Part shown: one piece after another, positions 19,201 through 28,380 of the stretch
Layout: every line of letters begins with the position of its first letter
Numbering within the stretch: the first letter of the stretch is position 1
Source: a virus
IMG/VR virus record: IMGVR_UViG_3300010352_001565
Location: 51,055-115,054 of that record
Direction: 5' to 3' (one strand)
DNA: 64,000 nucleotides
Made by a program: the position numbers and the translations under genes
Notes under the pieces: generated by a model
What the model saw: the letters and a program-made list of their open reading frames with translations, nothing else
Databases searched by the model: none
What the model was told of the DNA's origin: nothing

Positions 19201-22014
19201 TCTAAATTTTATTCAAAGACGCACACTGAAGGCCTCGTCTGCTGGATCCCATTCAACAGGCACCCTGAAGAAACGGCGGACATTGCGGACATTTCGCCGA
19301 CAAAGTCGAAACAAGACCTGATTGGTACGATCGCACGAAGCGACCGCCCGTGGGATTCCAACAGGGGATGGTACACAAAGCTCAACAGCGGCGTATCTTT
19401 GGTGTCCAGCGCTGGAAAGGACATTAGCGGAGCTTTTACACTCGCAGTGTGGATTAAGCCAGGACCAGTCGGAGCGAACTCAACCATTATTGAAGTAGGG
19501 TCAGCGCGCACTCCAAGCGGGTACATCTTACCAGGTGTTCCTTACGCAGCAATGGGCGGTACAGTTCGCTACGCTGGAAAGGATTACACTGGAGGATTTG
19601 TCGGCATCGATGGAATAACTGAATACCAAGCGGTCGGAGCGGCGTACGTGATCAAAGTTTCTGCGATGGTGTCTCCAAACATACCCGTAGTTTCTGCTAC
19701 CACTAACGGAAGCTCAATTCAGTGGTGGGTAAAGGGAGCTAACGGAGTGCTCGCGCTGCTTCCAACCGCGCTGCCTCTGACTGCGGGACAGTTTAACTTT
19801 GCCACTCTCACCATCACCCCCACATCAGCTGGATATGCAGGCGTGACAGCCAGCGTCGGAGCTTCGCAAGCGTCATATCCAAGTGTCAGCTACATCGGTT
19901 TCAGCGGAGACGACACGTTTACACGAATCTCTGGGTCCTCAACCGGATTTGGAATACACGACTTAAGGATGTGGGGAGTGGTTAAGACTTCAGCACAGCT
20001 CGCATCTTTGCTATCTCCAAAACTGCGCGACACAAAAGTTGTTCAGGCCGTGCCTTACTTTGAGACACTGGTGCGAAAAGAAAAATGGAGAATTGAGGTG
20101 CTGCCGTCTGGATTCGCTTTCCCAACAAGCAACGCGGTTGCTCCATTCCCACACCTCAAGAATGTCGACGTGGCCACCACAGCAACCTGTCAGCTCGCGT
20201 CACCAGTTACTCCTGGATCGGTGGTAGTGCGCCAGGGATCAAACACCATCACTGACGTTCCTAACGCAGGAAATGAGACAGGGACAATAGGTCTGTCAGG
20301 TCTCGTGACTGGAGGGACGATCAACTACTACACCGGAGAGCTTACGCTGAACTCGAGCGAGAAAACTCGAGTCACTGTTGAGTACGTCAAGAAGTCTACC
20401 ACGTCTGGAGCAGACCGCCGCGGAAGAGCGATTCGGTATCTTGGTAGCGGACGGTACTACGGATCAGATCTAAAACGAGAGGTTGGAATTGGAGGCGGAC
20501 AAGGACTTCCCGCATCTTCGTGGAGGCTTGGAACTCGCATGTGCGATGTTCCGGCAAGCGGAAAGCTAGTTACCACTCCAATCAATCCATGCGCTTCGCA
20601 CGTATGGACAAGGGGTAACGACGGGTTTGTATACAAAATTGGAGCAGAAAATGGGGTATGCACCGCGACTGTTTCGCGCTACCTTAGAAGCCAGCGCGAA
20701 ATATTCCTGGCTCACAGCGCCACGCAAGAAGAGATGAACAACCTGGCAGTCGCAGCCTACAGGACTCCTCCAGCCGAGTACTTTGGTGACACTGGAAACC
20801 TTATCACGGTGGCAAAAAGGATTGGATCGGTTGTTCCTGGAGAGCAACAGTTCCTCGACACCAGTGGCCTTCCTCAGATCGCAACAGGGTTGGGCGAAGT
20901 CTCTGTAGAGTTCAGCCAGATCGACTGCATCTTAGAGCCCGGATCAGACGTGATTCTCATCACGCAAGGAGCCGCCGGACTTAAGAATCCTCCTGCTGTT
21001 GAAGACAAATATGGTTTCGTAGGATCGGTAAAACAGGTAAGCGCTCCTGCGCTTGGACGCTACAAGGTAATCGTGTCGTTGACCGGGCTATCTTCTGACA
21101 AGGTCAACCCAAGCGGAAGAGGGGTCTACCCAAAAGACAGCACGTGGGAACTTCGCTACATGGACAACAAGGTTGTTGGCACACCTTCTGCTGGAATCAT
21201 GATCGATGACGATCACTCATTCGATGACGCAAGGACTGATGGCGAGTACACCAGCCCAGTCGGAGCTCGCAGGCCAGCATACCTCTACTCAACCCAGCGA
21301 AGCGTCTGCTCGATTGTTGGAAAGGACGTCTACTACTCATGGGACGACCCTGAGAGCGAGTTCACCGGTCAGGACCTTCCGTACGCCACAAGAGACGACG
21401 CGGGTCTGTTAAGCTTCACATTTAACACTGACATTCCAAAAGGAAGCTACGCCGTTGAGATTGATGCTGGAAACGTCGGGCGCCCTGACCCCGGTTTCGA
21501 CGGGTTCGCTGTCGAGCTGAGCATTGGAGACGCTGTGGTGGTCGGGAAGTTGCTACCTGGGTCTTTGAACTACCGCGCCACGACAACTCTCGAGTTCACG
21601 CTCAACGCTGCCTTGACAAAGCCGTGGTCACTTGTGGTCAACTGGACAAACGACCGTGACTTCCCTGAGAAAGGATTCAAGCGTCAGATTGCGATCTACG
21701 CGATTCGAATCTTCGAGCGTACGGTTCGGATGTACCAGGTCAGCCCAGCTAACGGCACCCTTACCGAAGTCGCCATCACACCGTCAATTGCCTCAACTCC
21801 GGGTGGAGTCATGGCAACCATTGGAATGGATGGATCAGCAACGTCATACTCGCACGAAGGAACGGATTACCCCAATCCAGGCTACCCTTCTGCGCTTCTT
21901 ATTACTGGATCAACGTTCGAAAGACGCGAGCATATTAAATCTGAAAGCGCGGCGAGCTATCAGGCAGATTCATCTCCTGCTGCTCCGACCGCACAAACGC
22001 CTACACACTCATGA
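16267..22014 (+). CDS. giant (1915 aa) tail fiber/adhesin-like structural protein with LamG/ConA-like lectin segment
   Basis: Beta-rich, Gly/Ser/Thr-rich throughout. Segment around aa 1050-1200 (FTLAVWIKPGPVGANSTIIEVG...) matches the LamG/ConA-like pattern. Followed by an Ig-like gene. Confidence 0.75.
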   Translation: MSLQPLPEDFLFNKIPEGVQNLDSRGVLQALCGGYQDRLEDLRSYVKKYEQLLDPTAPFPETSDNVIFATYTSSQGRTVIRTLTVDSSTPKLPEGTVPGSGPWKLWYGNVAEWAAERMGMSSDLLTSVSLGTDFLRAVDADIIQYLASTFGTVLYQTNKSKLRASEQRRIVAGYFPRLKIKGTSQSFEVLGRLMNFGEVKLTPLWGRLTPRLPNDVGSPANDKDFKFSPDIEPTVAVSTPEDIQPYDPFDYTDGGELFGWPAVQNGTDWTFGSYATLSTSRNTQSFYPTAVNGYNPFVKIFVSETGTVSHPKAGTAYVLSGGANHRKASVELVQGPTEINTDALRSLPLSSALHAVAGKGAVIYGGVNYAQDSIFTGASGIEVGTASGSVEVYAVTDSGNDTSKSYVVTNQFTGVVGKTYAVITGNVIARDSSGNVVAHSVVSDSLGNEIPTIPVQVGETYTIQSGSGSANDYATYNGVDIGGRSGSSGPLYLGLRVAGIKQGFKYAVVGTGVVLYNGVCYAASSRFTGNGGIFSRVFNVGGADADSSDLSVTSNPDGARMWAEAIAEGPGFNGVTLTTGALGQLRIEPYYLSAVKYRTSYYNLSLTIDFEKFVKAYGASAVTKNKNLAENPSLCSDGTAQAPFRPWTGVRPRVQASPANKDVQIDMAKLSEIGLQSTQHFEEVRAATRAPRRLSFGFSLADNVIYAPFPNKTTLATYAEGDEMTGNGDALAISPNPPEPPYSASLVLLCADGETQVAATGETDPNDQHTINYTATVIDKLGVTRGFTATFRFPSGDSGADSVTTPIPINTFKYSWSGDVAVGQQIIAKWIPETPDKLRPEPTNALKEQDLVGYQGRPEDEQDPTEGQYAQNEDGSVLSSLCAGGDMVDLDTYLPDKPDASLRAETSKLTVLDQSGVEFDVIGHDIMSQTQSRPIRISLAPRVPNGSGEYIQGRTAVGVMGDKLYHIGSVNGVLVGDPSKFYSKTHTEGLVCWIPFNRHPEETADIADISPTKSKQDLIGTIARSDRPWDSNRGWYTKLNSGVSLVSSAGKDISGAFTLAVWIKPGPVGANSTIIEVGSARTPSGYILPGVPYAAMGGTVRYAGKDYTGGFVGIDGITEYQAVGAAYVIKVSAMVSPNIPVVSATTNGSSIQWWVKGANGVLALLPTALPLTAGQFNFATLTITPTSAGYAGVTASVGASQASYPSVSYIGFSGDDTFTRISGSSTGFGIHDLRMWGVVKTSAQLASLLSPKLRDTKVVQAVPYFETLVRKEKWRIEVLPSGFAFPTSNAVAPFPHLKNVDVATTATCQLASPVTPGSVVVRQGSNTITDVPNAGNETGTIGLSGLVTGGTINYYTGELTLNSSEKTRVTVEYVKKSTTSGADRRGRAIRYLGSGRYYGSDLKREVGIGGGQGLPASSWRLGTRMCDVPASGKLVTTPINPCASHVWTRGNDGFVYKIGAENGVCTATVSRYLRSQREIFLAHSATQEEMNNLAVAAYRTPPAEYFGDTGNLITVAKRIGSVVPGEQQFLDTSGLPQIATGLGEVSVEFSQIDCILEPGSDVILITQGAAGLKNPPAVEDKYGFVGSVKQVSAPALGRYKVIVSLTGLSSDKVNPSGRGVYPKDSTWELRYMDNKVVGTPSAGIMIDDDHSFDDARTDGEYTSPVGARRPAYLYSTQRSVCSIVGKDVYYSWDDPESEFTGQDLPYATRDDAGLLSFTFNTDIPKGSYAVEIDAGNVGRPDPGFDGFAVELSIGDAVVVGKLLPGSLNYRATTTLEFTLNAALTKPWSLVVNWTNDRDFPEKGFKRQIAIYAIRIFERTVRMYQVSPANGTLTEVAITPSIASTPGGVMATIGMDGSATSYSHEGTDYPNPGYPSALLITGSTFERREHIKSESAASYQADSSPAAPTAQTPTHS

Positions 22015-23075
22015 GTTTAAAGATTGGAGATACACTGCACGCTGCGTGCACTGCGACCGGAACAAACTTGACATTCGTTTGGAAATGGTGGGACGGCACA
22101 GTGTCCGTCACAAACGTCGGTCAGGCAGACAAGATCGTCAACCGTCCTGGGCCGCTCAGTTACAGCGTCTGCGTGGTCGACGAGCGTGGTCAATCTGTTG
22201 AGAAGAGCGAGACTGGGATCGTCGTGTCCGCCCCGCCGTTGGTCACCAATGTGTCATACGCAGCAGGAGCGCTACGGTTCAACGTGGATGGCCCGTGCAC
22301 ATGCACGTTCAACTCTGTTCAGCAGAATGTGGTTGGAGCTTCTCTGGTCACCATCAACACCACGCCGTCATCTGGGCTGTACGACTTGGTAGTCTTTAAC
22401 GCAAACGGTTCGACCACGATTAAGGTCCCGGTTTGTGGGGTAACCATGCTCCCGCTGATGGTCTCTGAGATCGACTACGACTGGACAGAGATGCGGATCG
22501 CTGACGCGAGCACGTCCGACACAAACATGAAAGTGTCGGTGTACGCCTCTGATCCAAATGGAGGAACAATAAACAGCATCGCGTGGGTGGTAAAAAGGAC
22601 AAGCGACAGCTCTGTTATCTCCATTCCAGGTCTTTCAGCAACGCTGACGGCGTCTGGAAAGGGATGCAAGAGCTTGCTGTCCATGCCAATCACGACGGCA
22701 GTTGCGGCAGCGGCAGGGCTGGTTGATAAGTCAACTGTGCTAGTACAGATTACCGTCTCAAGCACATCAGGGGCGTCACTCGTGACAAGCAAGTATGTGA
22801 CCGTCAACGGAAACTCTAATCCTCAGATCCAATCTCCAACCGCGTATCCAACATCGGTCGCAACGGGTCGACTCTTTGTATTAAGCGCGAACGCTACCCA
22901 TCCGCAAAATAACAAGCTTACCGCCTCGTGGTCTCTCGCGGGTCCTGGGACAGTCACCTACGGAAATGGGTTCTGTGTCATTGGACGCCGAACTGCAGCA
23001 GGAACCATCACTGCCACAATTACAGTGCGAGATGAACATGGGGCTCAAACGCAGGCGTCAGTTCAAATCAACTAG
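22011..23075 (+). CDS. Ig-like/PKD-like repeat protein (fiber-associated)
   Basis: ATGA overlap with the giant gene. Repeated beta-sandwich-like segments (TFVWKWWDGT..., ITATITVRDEHG). Confidence 0.6.
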   Translation: MSLKIGDTLHAACTATGTNLTFVWKWWDGTVSVTNVGQADKIVNRPGPLSYSVCVVDERGQSVEKSETGIVVSAPPLVTNVSYAAGALRFNVDGPCTCTFNSVQQNVVGASLVTINTTPSSGLYDLVVFNANGSTTIKVPVCGVTMLPLMVSEIDYDWTEMRIADASTSDTNMKVSVYASDPNGGTINSIAWVVKRTSDSSVISIPGLSATLTASGKGCKSLLSMPITTAVAAAAGLVDKSTVLVQITVSSTSGASLVTSKYVTVNGNSNPQIQSPTAYPTSVATGRLFVLSANATHPQNNKLTASWSLAGPGTVTYGNGFCVIGRRTAAGTITATITVRDEHGAQTQASVQIN

Positions 23076-23087
23076 CGGAGGGGCCTT

Positions 23088-23136
23088 AAAAATAGTTGCA
23101 AAAAAGTGTTTACAATTTTCCGCAGAGTGATATAGT
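23088..23136 (+). promoter_or_regulatory. repeated promoter cassette copy 1 (UP-like AAAATAGTTGCAAAAAAG, -35 TTTACA, extended -10 TGATATAGT)
   Basis: TTTACA 23109-23114, 16-nt spacer, TGATATAGT ending at 23136. ATG at 23186. Confidence 0.7.
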
Positions 23137-23185
23137 GTATCCACGATTGCGGTTAATTTAACAACTAACAAATATACAACAAATT

Positions 23186-23929
23186 ATGGCCCTGAAAAAA
23201 GCAAATGTAAATGTTCAAGAAACTGCGGCTCCTAAGAGCGACATTCCGGTGATTAACATTCCCGGAACGCTGGTTTCGCGCTTCAACGCCGCCGATGCTA
23301 AGGCCAAGGACGCCAAAGCTGCTCTCGACGAAGTCCGTCCTGAGATCGTATCTGCCGCTCTGTGCCGCTTGCTTAAGCACAACGTCGAGAATCCTACATC
23401 CACCATCGATTCCATCAAGCTCGAAGATACCACCGGTTCGCAAGTCCGCATGTCTTTCACCAGCAAGTACAAGCAGTGCGATGGTGAAGCTGCTGACGCC
23501 GCGTTCAACGCTCTCAACGCCCAGTATCCTGATCTCAACGCCGACATCAACGACTTCGCGCAGGAAACCGTGGCTGCCTCCTTCGACAACAAGGTCTTCT
23601 TGGACAGCAACGGCAACTTCGACGAAGCGATCTTCGCAGCGTTCAGCGAAGCAATGGCCACGGTTGCCAAGCGCTTCAACAAAGCCAACCCGCTCTCTAC
23701 AAAGAAAGTTGTGCTTCCGAAAGACTCGTTCCACACCGCTCGCTGGACCAAGTTCGCGAACGTTGAACAGCAGAAAGCACTCTGCGAAGCTCTTCCAAAC
23801 ACCATTCAAGTGGTTGCTGGCAAATACGTGCCTGTGGCTGTTCCTGCTCCTGAGACCAAAGCAGAAGCCTCTCGCGAGACACTCGTCGCTTCGTCCGCTC
23901 CTGCGCGCCTTGCCCGCAGCAAGAAGTAA
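23186..23929 (+). CDS. early hypothetical protein (Ala-rich)
   Basis: First ORF after promoter copy 1. Overlapping alternative-frame ORFs are disregarded. Confidence 0.6.
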   Translation: MALKKANVNVQETAAPKSDIPVINIPGTLVSRFNAADAKAKDAKAALDEVRPEIVSAALCRLLKHNVENPTSTIDSIKLEDTTGSQVRMSFTSKYKQCDGEAADAAFNALNAQYPDLNADINDFAQETVAASFDNKVFLDSNGNFDEAIFAAFSEAMATVAKRFNKANPLSTKKVVLPKDSFHTARWTKFANVEQQKALCEALPNTIQVVAGKYVPVAVPAPETKAEASRETLVASSAPARLARSKK

Positions 23930-23961
23930 TTAGGGGTTGAACACATTTGACAAACAACGTG

Positions 23962-23990
23962 CGGCGCCTTCATCGGCGCCGTGTTTCTTA
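23962..23990 (+). terminator. rho-independent terminator
   Basis: CGGCGCC-TTCATC-GGCGCCG hairpin followed by TGTTTCTT. Confidence 0.6.
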
Positions 23991-24005
23991 CGGATTAAAG
24001 AAACT

Positions 24006-24737
24006 ATGAACCCCAAATTCAAGGCCCTGAAGCAGGCGGATGACACTCTGCCTCCTCAGGCGAAGGTTATTGTGTCAACACTAGCCTCGAGACCAGAAGG
24101 TGTCTCTCGGCCAATCCTCGTTGCAATGCTTGAAGGCTGCTTGAACACTCAGCAGCCCGCCGCTCGAATACTCTCGTTCTACACACAGCGACTGATTAGC
24201 GAAGGGTTTATCAGCCGCGAAGACGACGGCGAAACCCCGGCAAAGCCAGCAGCAAAGAAAGACGAGATGAAAAAGGTCGCTACAGTCAGCATCAAATTGG
24301 CTGACCTCAAGCTTAACGAAGCCCAGTTCAAGAGGCTTAAATCAAGCCCAACTGTTGAAGTGGGTGCCGTTGCACTCCCAGTGATTCGCGCGTTCGAGCT
24401 GGAGAGTTGGAACGAGATCATCCTGATTTGCGGCGAGGACGCCGACGACCAGGACGTCTGGATACTTCAAACAGGTCCAAAGACGGCGACGCTTGTCGGG
24501 ACGCTCAACGCCACGGCACTCGCCGAAGTCTTGAAGACCAAAGAGCTTAACCTTAGCTGTTCGGATGACTTCGAGTGGTTGAATGAATCGATGGTCGAGA
24601 AGACTGTCTCGCTACACGGAAAGCACTGCGGAGCTCCCGCCTTGAAGAAGCACATCGACGGAGTTGAGTTCCGGCAGATCGACCTGGCGTCAGAAACACC
24701 GACAGGCGAAGTTGTCGCAGCCCACGAAGAGGTTTAA
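24006..24737 (+). CDS. hypothetical protein
   Basis: ATG at 24006 inside ORF 23937..24737, after the terminator. Confidence 0.55.
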   Translation: MNPKFKALKQADDTLPPQAKVIVSTLASRPEGVSRPILVAMLEGCLNTQQPAARILSFYTQRLISEGFISREDDGETPAKPAAKKDEMKKVATVSIKLADLKLNEAQFKRLKSSPTVEVGAVALPVIRAFELESWNEIILICGEDADDQDVWILQTGPKTATLVGTLNATALAEVLKTKELNLSCSDDFEWLNESMVEKTVSLHGKHCGAPALKKHIDGVEFRQIDLASETPTGEVVAAHEEV

Positions 24738-24928
24738 TGGACGCGAATTGCCAAGTAAACATCAATGGTCAGTGGCACGACGCCAAATGGTCTCGTCGCA
24801 AGAAAACGTGCCGGCGCACCTGGCACGTTGTTCAGCTCGTGGTAGATCGCGAAGGCCACGACACGCTGTTAATCCCGGCGGGTGGCATGTACGTTCCGCG
24901 GAGCTGGATACGCGGCCTGCATGAGTAG
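24737..24928 (+). CDS. small basic hypothetical protein
   Basis: TAATG overlap with the upstream gene. Confidence 0.4.
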   Translation: MDANCQVNINGQWHDAKWSRRKKTCRRTWHVVQLVVDREGHDTLLIPAGGMYVPRSWIRGLHE

Positions 24929-25334
24929 TTACTGCGTGAACGAAAAGACAGCCATTTCAGGTCCAGTTAAAAAGCTCCTCGGCATTCGCGAAAGCGAGAG
25001 CGGGTATCACACGTCCGTCAAGCAGCTTGATATTCACGGGCTCGGCGACGCAGTGACTGCTGAAGGTACCGCTGAAGTGGATTGGGAACTGGCAATGGAA
25101 GGGAGATCGTGGGGAGTTAAGGGACTTGACGTCTTAGTCAGAGCGGTCAAAATCCGCGCCGTTGCGACCAACGTCGAAACCGGCAACGAGAGCGACTGGA
25201 ACTTCGACTGGACGTCTGAAAACGCCGAATACAAGGTGCAAGTCGACGCCGGCAAAGCGTCGTTTCCGCTCGACATCTATCCTAAATCGGTCTCTGTAAG
25301 CGTACAGGACCGCCGCATTTCTGTTGAGTTCTAA
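24921..25334 (+). CDS. hypothetical protein
   Basis: ATG at 24921 (MSSYCVNEK) overlapping the upstream stop. Confidence 0.5.
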   Translation: MSSYCVNEKTAISGPVKKLLGIRESESGYHTSVKQLDIHGLGDAVTAEGTAEVDWELAMEGRSWGVKGLDVLVRAVKIRAVATNVETGNESDWNFDWTSENAEYKVQVDAGKASFPLDIYPKSVSVSVQDRRISVEF

Positions 25335-25446
25335 TCAGAACGGCAGAAAATTCATCAAAATTGGTTCATCGGGCTAAACTTTTGCTTGGAACTTGAAACG
25401 TCCAAGTGAGCGAAATGATGTCCTGGCTTGGCTCCGACTGAGCTGT

Positions 25447-25495
25447 AAAATAGTTGCAAAAAAGTGTTTACAATTTTCCGCTCCGTGATATAGTT
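25447..25495 (+). promoter_or_regulatory. repeated promoter cassette copy 2
   Basis: AAAATAGTTGCAAAAAAGTG, TTTACA ~25468, TGATATAGT ~25487-25495. ATG lies ~7 nt downstream, so the transcript is leaderless. Displayed numbering and ORF-track numbering differ by 1 nt here. Confidence 0.7.
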
Positions 25496-25501
25496 TCTAC
25501 C

Positions 25502-26458
25502 ATGATTACGAAACAACAACTTGTTCCTGGCATGACGGTAATGGTTAACCTCCGCGGGGTCCCCACCCAAGCGACTTACGTCGACTGGAGCGCCAAATAT
25601 GACATGCCGACAGTTCGCATCGGCGACCGCGAAATGCCTCGCAAGGTTCTGTCGATCGTCTCCGGCGGCGCGACGAGCGAAGCTGCTGTTTCGGTAATCA
25701 CAGACGTCGCTGTTGCTGCTCCTGAGATCGTCGAGACCGAGACCATCGTTCCAATCAACACTCGCTTTGCTTACCTCTCGATGATGGTCGGCATGGTTGC
25801 CACTGCTACTCCTACCTCGCTGATTATCACCGGTTCGGGCGGCCTTGGAAAAACCTTCACCGTGCTTGACAAGCTCACTGAACAGGGTCTTGAAGAAGAC
25901 GAAGACTACGTGTTGATCAAAGGTTACACGACTCCCAAGTCCATGTATCGCACAATGCACGACAACCGCGACAAGATCATCGTGTTCGATGATTGCGACT
26001 CCGTGCTGACCAATGAAACCGCGGTCAATCTGCTCAAAGCCGCTCTTGAATCAATGCCCACGCGCCGCGTCGCTTGGATGACTGAACGCGGCGGCGGTGA
26101 GAGCGAAGACTCGCTTCCTAGCAGCTTTGATTTTATCGGCAAAGTTATCTTCATCAGCAACAAGCGCCTGAACCAAATCCCTCAAGCTCTCCTCTCCCGC
26201 GCGCTCTATGTTGACGTGACCATGACTGCTCCTGAGAAAATCGAACGCATGCGCAACATCGCTCCGAACGTTCGCCCTGAGCTTCCGCTCTCTGACAAGC
26301 TTGAAGTGATCGATATGCTTGACACTCTCAAGACCCGCACCAAAGACCTCAACATCCGCACGATGCTCAAGTGCCTCGACATCCGCCAGTCTGCTCCTGC
26401 TGACCAGTGGAAAGCGGTTGCTGAATACGTCGTCACCACCGGGACTGCCACTGAATAA
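25502..26458 (+). CDS. AAA+/P-loop ATPase
   Basis: Walker A (IITGSGGLGKTFTV), Walker B (IIVFDDCD), sensor-like SRALYVDVT. Start taken at ATG (MITKQQ); the track starts earlier at a TTG inside the promoter. Confidence 0.75.
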   Translation: MITKQQLVPGMTVMVNLRGVPTQATYVDWSAKYDMPTVRIGDREMPRKVLSIVSGGATSEAAVSVITDVAVAAPEIVETETIVPINTRFAYLSMMVGMVATATPTSLIITGSGGLGKTFTVLDKLTEQGLEEDEDYVLIKGYTTPKSMYRTMHDNRDKIIVFDDCDSVLTNETAVNLLKAALESMPTRRVAWMTERGGGESEDSLPSSFDFIGKVIFISNKRLNQIPQALLSRALYVDVTMTAPEKIERMRNIAPNVRPELPLSDKLEVIDMLDTLKTRTKDLNIRTMLKCLDIRQSAPADQWKAVAEYVVTTGTATE

Positions 26459-26465
26459 CTCAACC

Positions 26466-26490
26466 GGGGAGAGGGAAACCTCTCCCCTTA
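26466..26490 (+). terminator. hairpin, weak terminator candidate
   Basis: GGGGAGAG-GGAAAC-CTCTCCCC followed only by TTA. Confidence 0.35.
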
Positions 26491-26494
26491 ACGC

Positions 26495-26761
26495 ATGAAC
26501 ATTAAAGCTCTTACCATCGTCACTTTGATTCTTGCAACCGGAGTCACTCTTGGTCTTATCTGCGCGTCAGCCAGCCACTCAGCAGAAAAGCCAAACCCAA
26601 AACCCGATCCAAAGAGCGAGTGGTGGATCACTCAGAACGACACTCGCCAGCGCTGGAAAGCAGATAGCAGACCACAAGACTGCGTGAGCAGAGTTGAATT
26701 TAAATCACAAGGAAAAACCGTGATCCTTTACGGATCGCTAACAATAGAGGAAATCAGATAA
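26495..26761 (+). CDS. small secreted protein (signal peptide)
   Basis: N-terminal hydrophobic LTIVTLILATGVTLGLICASASHSA. Confidence 0.55.
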   Translation: MNIKALTIVTLILATGVTLGLICASASHSAEKPNPKPDPKSEWWITQNDTRQRWKADSRPQDCVSRVEFKSQGKTVILYGSLTIEEIR

Positions 26762-27237
26762 TGCAAAAACCTGGACAAAAGATCAAGATCGAATACCCTG
26801 AATTGCCTGTGCTGCTGTTCGTTTACGGCACGCTTAAAAGAGGCTTTCACAACCACCACTACCTGCTTGGAGCCAACTTCAAGACTGCGGCGACAACCGT
26901 GGAGAAGTTCCCTATGGTGGCTCGTGGAATCCCATACCTTTTCAACACCCCAGGCGAGGGCACGAACATCATCGGCGAGATCTACGAGATCACCGACATC
27001 AACATGCTCCGCGCTATGGATCGTCTCGAGGGGCACCCTGACTGGTATCGCCGCTCTCCTATCAAGGTGACTGACGGAACCACCGAGATGGAAGCTCTGG
27101 TTTACTTCTCGCTTGACCAGAGATTGATGCAGAGCGTTAAGGCCAACCCAGAGATGTTCTATGCCAATGTGCCTGAGTTCACGCGGATGCACGCTGGATA
27201 CGAGACCAGCGGCGAATTGACCGCACGACGCAAATGA
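26761..27237 (+). CDS. gamma-glutamyl cyclotransferase-like (AIG2/GGCT fold) protein
   Basis: Hallmark LFVYGTLKRG motif near the N-terminus. Size ~158 aa. GAGGA Shine-Dalgarno ~10 nt upstream. Confidence 0.7.
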   Translation: MQKPGQKIKIEYPELPVLLFVYGTLKRGFHNHHYLLGANFKTAATTVEKFPMVARGIPYLFNTPGEGTNIIGEIYEITDINMLRAMDRLEGHPDWYRRSPIKVTDGTTEMEALVYFSLDQRLMQSVKANPEMFYANVPEFTRMHAGYETSGELTARRK

Positions 27238-27551
27238 CCAAGTACGACATCACAACGAAAATATCGGACGCGACTGGGATGACTCAGAAGGACGTGAACA
27301 CCGTTCTAACGCAAGCCCTCGACATCATCTCAGCCGCGCTTCTCGGTGGTGACCACGTTGAACTGCGCAACTTCGGCACATTCCTGGTGAAGACGCGCAA
27401 GCAGATGATTGGGCGCAATCCGCACAAGCCGGCTGGTGACATCATCATCCCGGCGCGCGCCTTCGTCAAGTTCAAGCCCGGCAAGGAGCTGAAGCATGGC
27501 GTGATCAAGCTCACCAACAAAGACAAACCTCTTCGCGTGATCGAGAAGTGA
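27234..27551 (+). CDS. HU/IHF-family histone-like DNA-binding protein
   Basis: ELRNFGTFLVKTRKQMIGRNPHKPAGDIIIPARAFVKFKPGKELK is the canonical HU arm. Confidence 0.85.
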   Translation: MTKYDITTKISDATGMTQKDVNTVLTQALDIISAALLGGDHVELRNFGTFLVKTRKQMIGRNPHKPAGDIIIPARAFVKFKPGKELKHGVIKLTNKDKPLRVIEK

Positions 27552-27702
27552 AAAAGTCTAAAGGAAAGGTAGAGGACGCGGCTCGTTCGGCTGCGTCCAA
27601 GCACATCCGCACGAACATGCGCGGCAAGCGCGCTGTGATGTATGAAAAAGCAGTCGGATGCGCTCTTGATACTCTCTTCAAACACCTCCGTTCTTAGGAG
27701 TT

Positions 27703-27996
27703 GTGGAATTCAAACTAAGCAGACACATCGCCGTCAACCGTTGCGGCCTTGGAAAAGGCGCGCAGTGCTGCAGCTACTTGGTTGCGACATCTTCTGGAAT
27801 GTGCGCGGACTTCGTCTGCGCCAAGCAAACCCCGGCAGAGCCAGAGATCATGCTGAAGCGGATCTCAAAGTCAGTCGAATCGATGGGCGACAACTGCACT
27901 GGGTATCCTCACTGGGCGCCGACCATTCCAGGCGGAAAGTTCGCCAGGGTAAAGGTCAGCCGCAAGAGATCCACTCTCCCACCTCTTCCGAGATGA
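27703..27996 (+). CDS. Cys-rich hypothetical protein
   Basis: Preferred over the overlapping Arg-rich frame 27642..28028. GTG start. Confidence 0.3.
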   Translation: MEFKLSRHIAVNRCGLGKGAQCCSYLVATSSGMCADFVCAKQTPAEPEIMLKRISKSVESMGDNCTGYPHWAPTIPGGKFARVKVSRKRSTLPPLPR

Positions 27997-28008
27997 GTTC
28001 TCAGAGCC

Positions 28009-28173
28009 ATGCTCAAGAGATTTATTGAAGATTGCATGGACCTGATACAACAGGCTCGCAACCAGGGAGCGACCATGAAGCAAGTTCACGAGATCTTCGT
28101 CGACGCCGGTGTTCCCATCAGGTTCTCCACGTTCAAGTCCTATTACACCGAGCTAACAGCTCCTCCGTTTTGA
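28009..28173 (+). CDS. small hypothetical protein (54 aa)
   Basis: ATG at 28009 (MLKRFIEDCMDLIQQARNQG...). Below the track cutoff. Confidence 0.3.
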   Translation: MLKRFIEDCMDLIQQARNQGATMKQVHEIFVDAGVPIRFSTFKSYYTELTAPPF

Positions 28174-28326
28174 TTTGGCGCGGACGCGCAAGCCGTAGTA
28201 ACTATGACGAGGAGGGTAGTCGTCAATCGAGCCCGTGGCTATGCAGAAAATCGAGTTGTTAGTGACGCACACACTGCGAACCCACGATCCGGCGCAAATA
28301 CACAATACTCCTGTCCGCGCTGTTCT

Positions 28327-28374
28327 AAAATAGTTTCAAATAAATGTTTACAATTTTCCGTGGCGTGATATAGT
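28327..28374 (+). promoter_or_regulatory. repeated promoter cassette copy 3
   Basis: TAAAATAGTTTCAAATAAATG, TTTACA 28347-28352, TGATATAGT to 28374. ATG 28381 lies 6 nt downstream. Confidence 0.7.
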
Positions 28375-28380
28375 AGCGCC

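Noticed and set aside
23053-23070. GTTCAAATC T-loop-like string
   Set aside because: Lies inside the coding sequence of 22011..23075 with no flanking cloverleaf.
23165-23933. Three overlapping ORFs (23165..23809 -, 23215..23805 -, 23295..23933 +) over gene 23186..23929
   Set aside because: These are alternative-frame or antisense products of a GC-rich gene. Only 23186..23929 starts at an ATG correctly placed after the promoter, and its sequence reads protein-like.
27642-28028. 128-aa + ORF
   Set aside because: Arg-rich alternative frame. The Cys-rich frame 27703..27996 is more protein-like.
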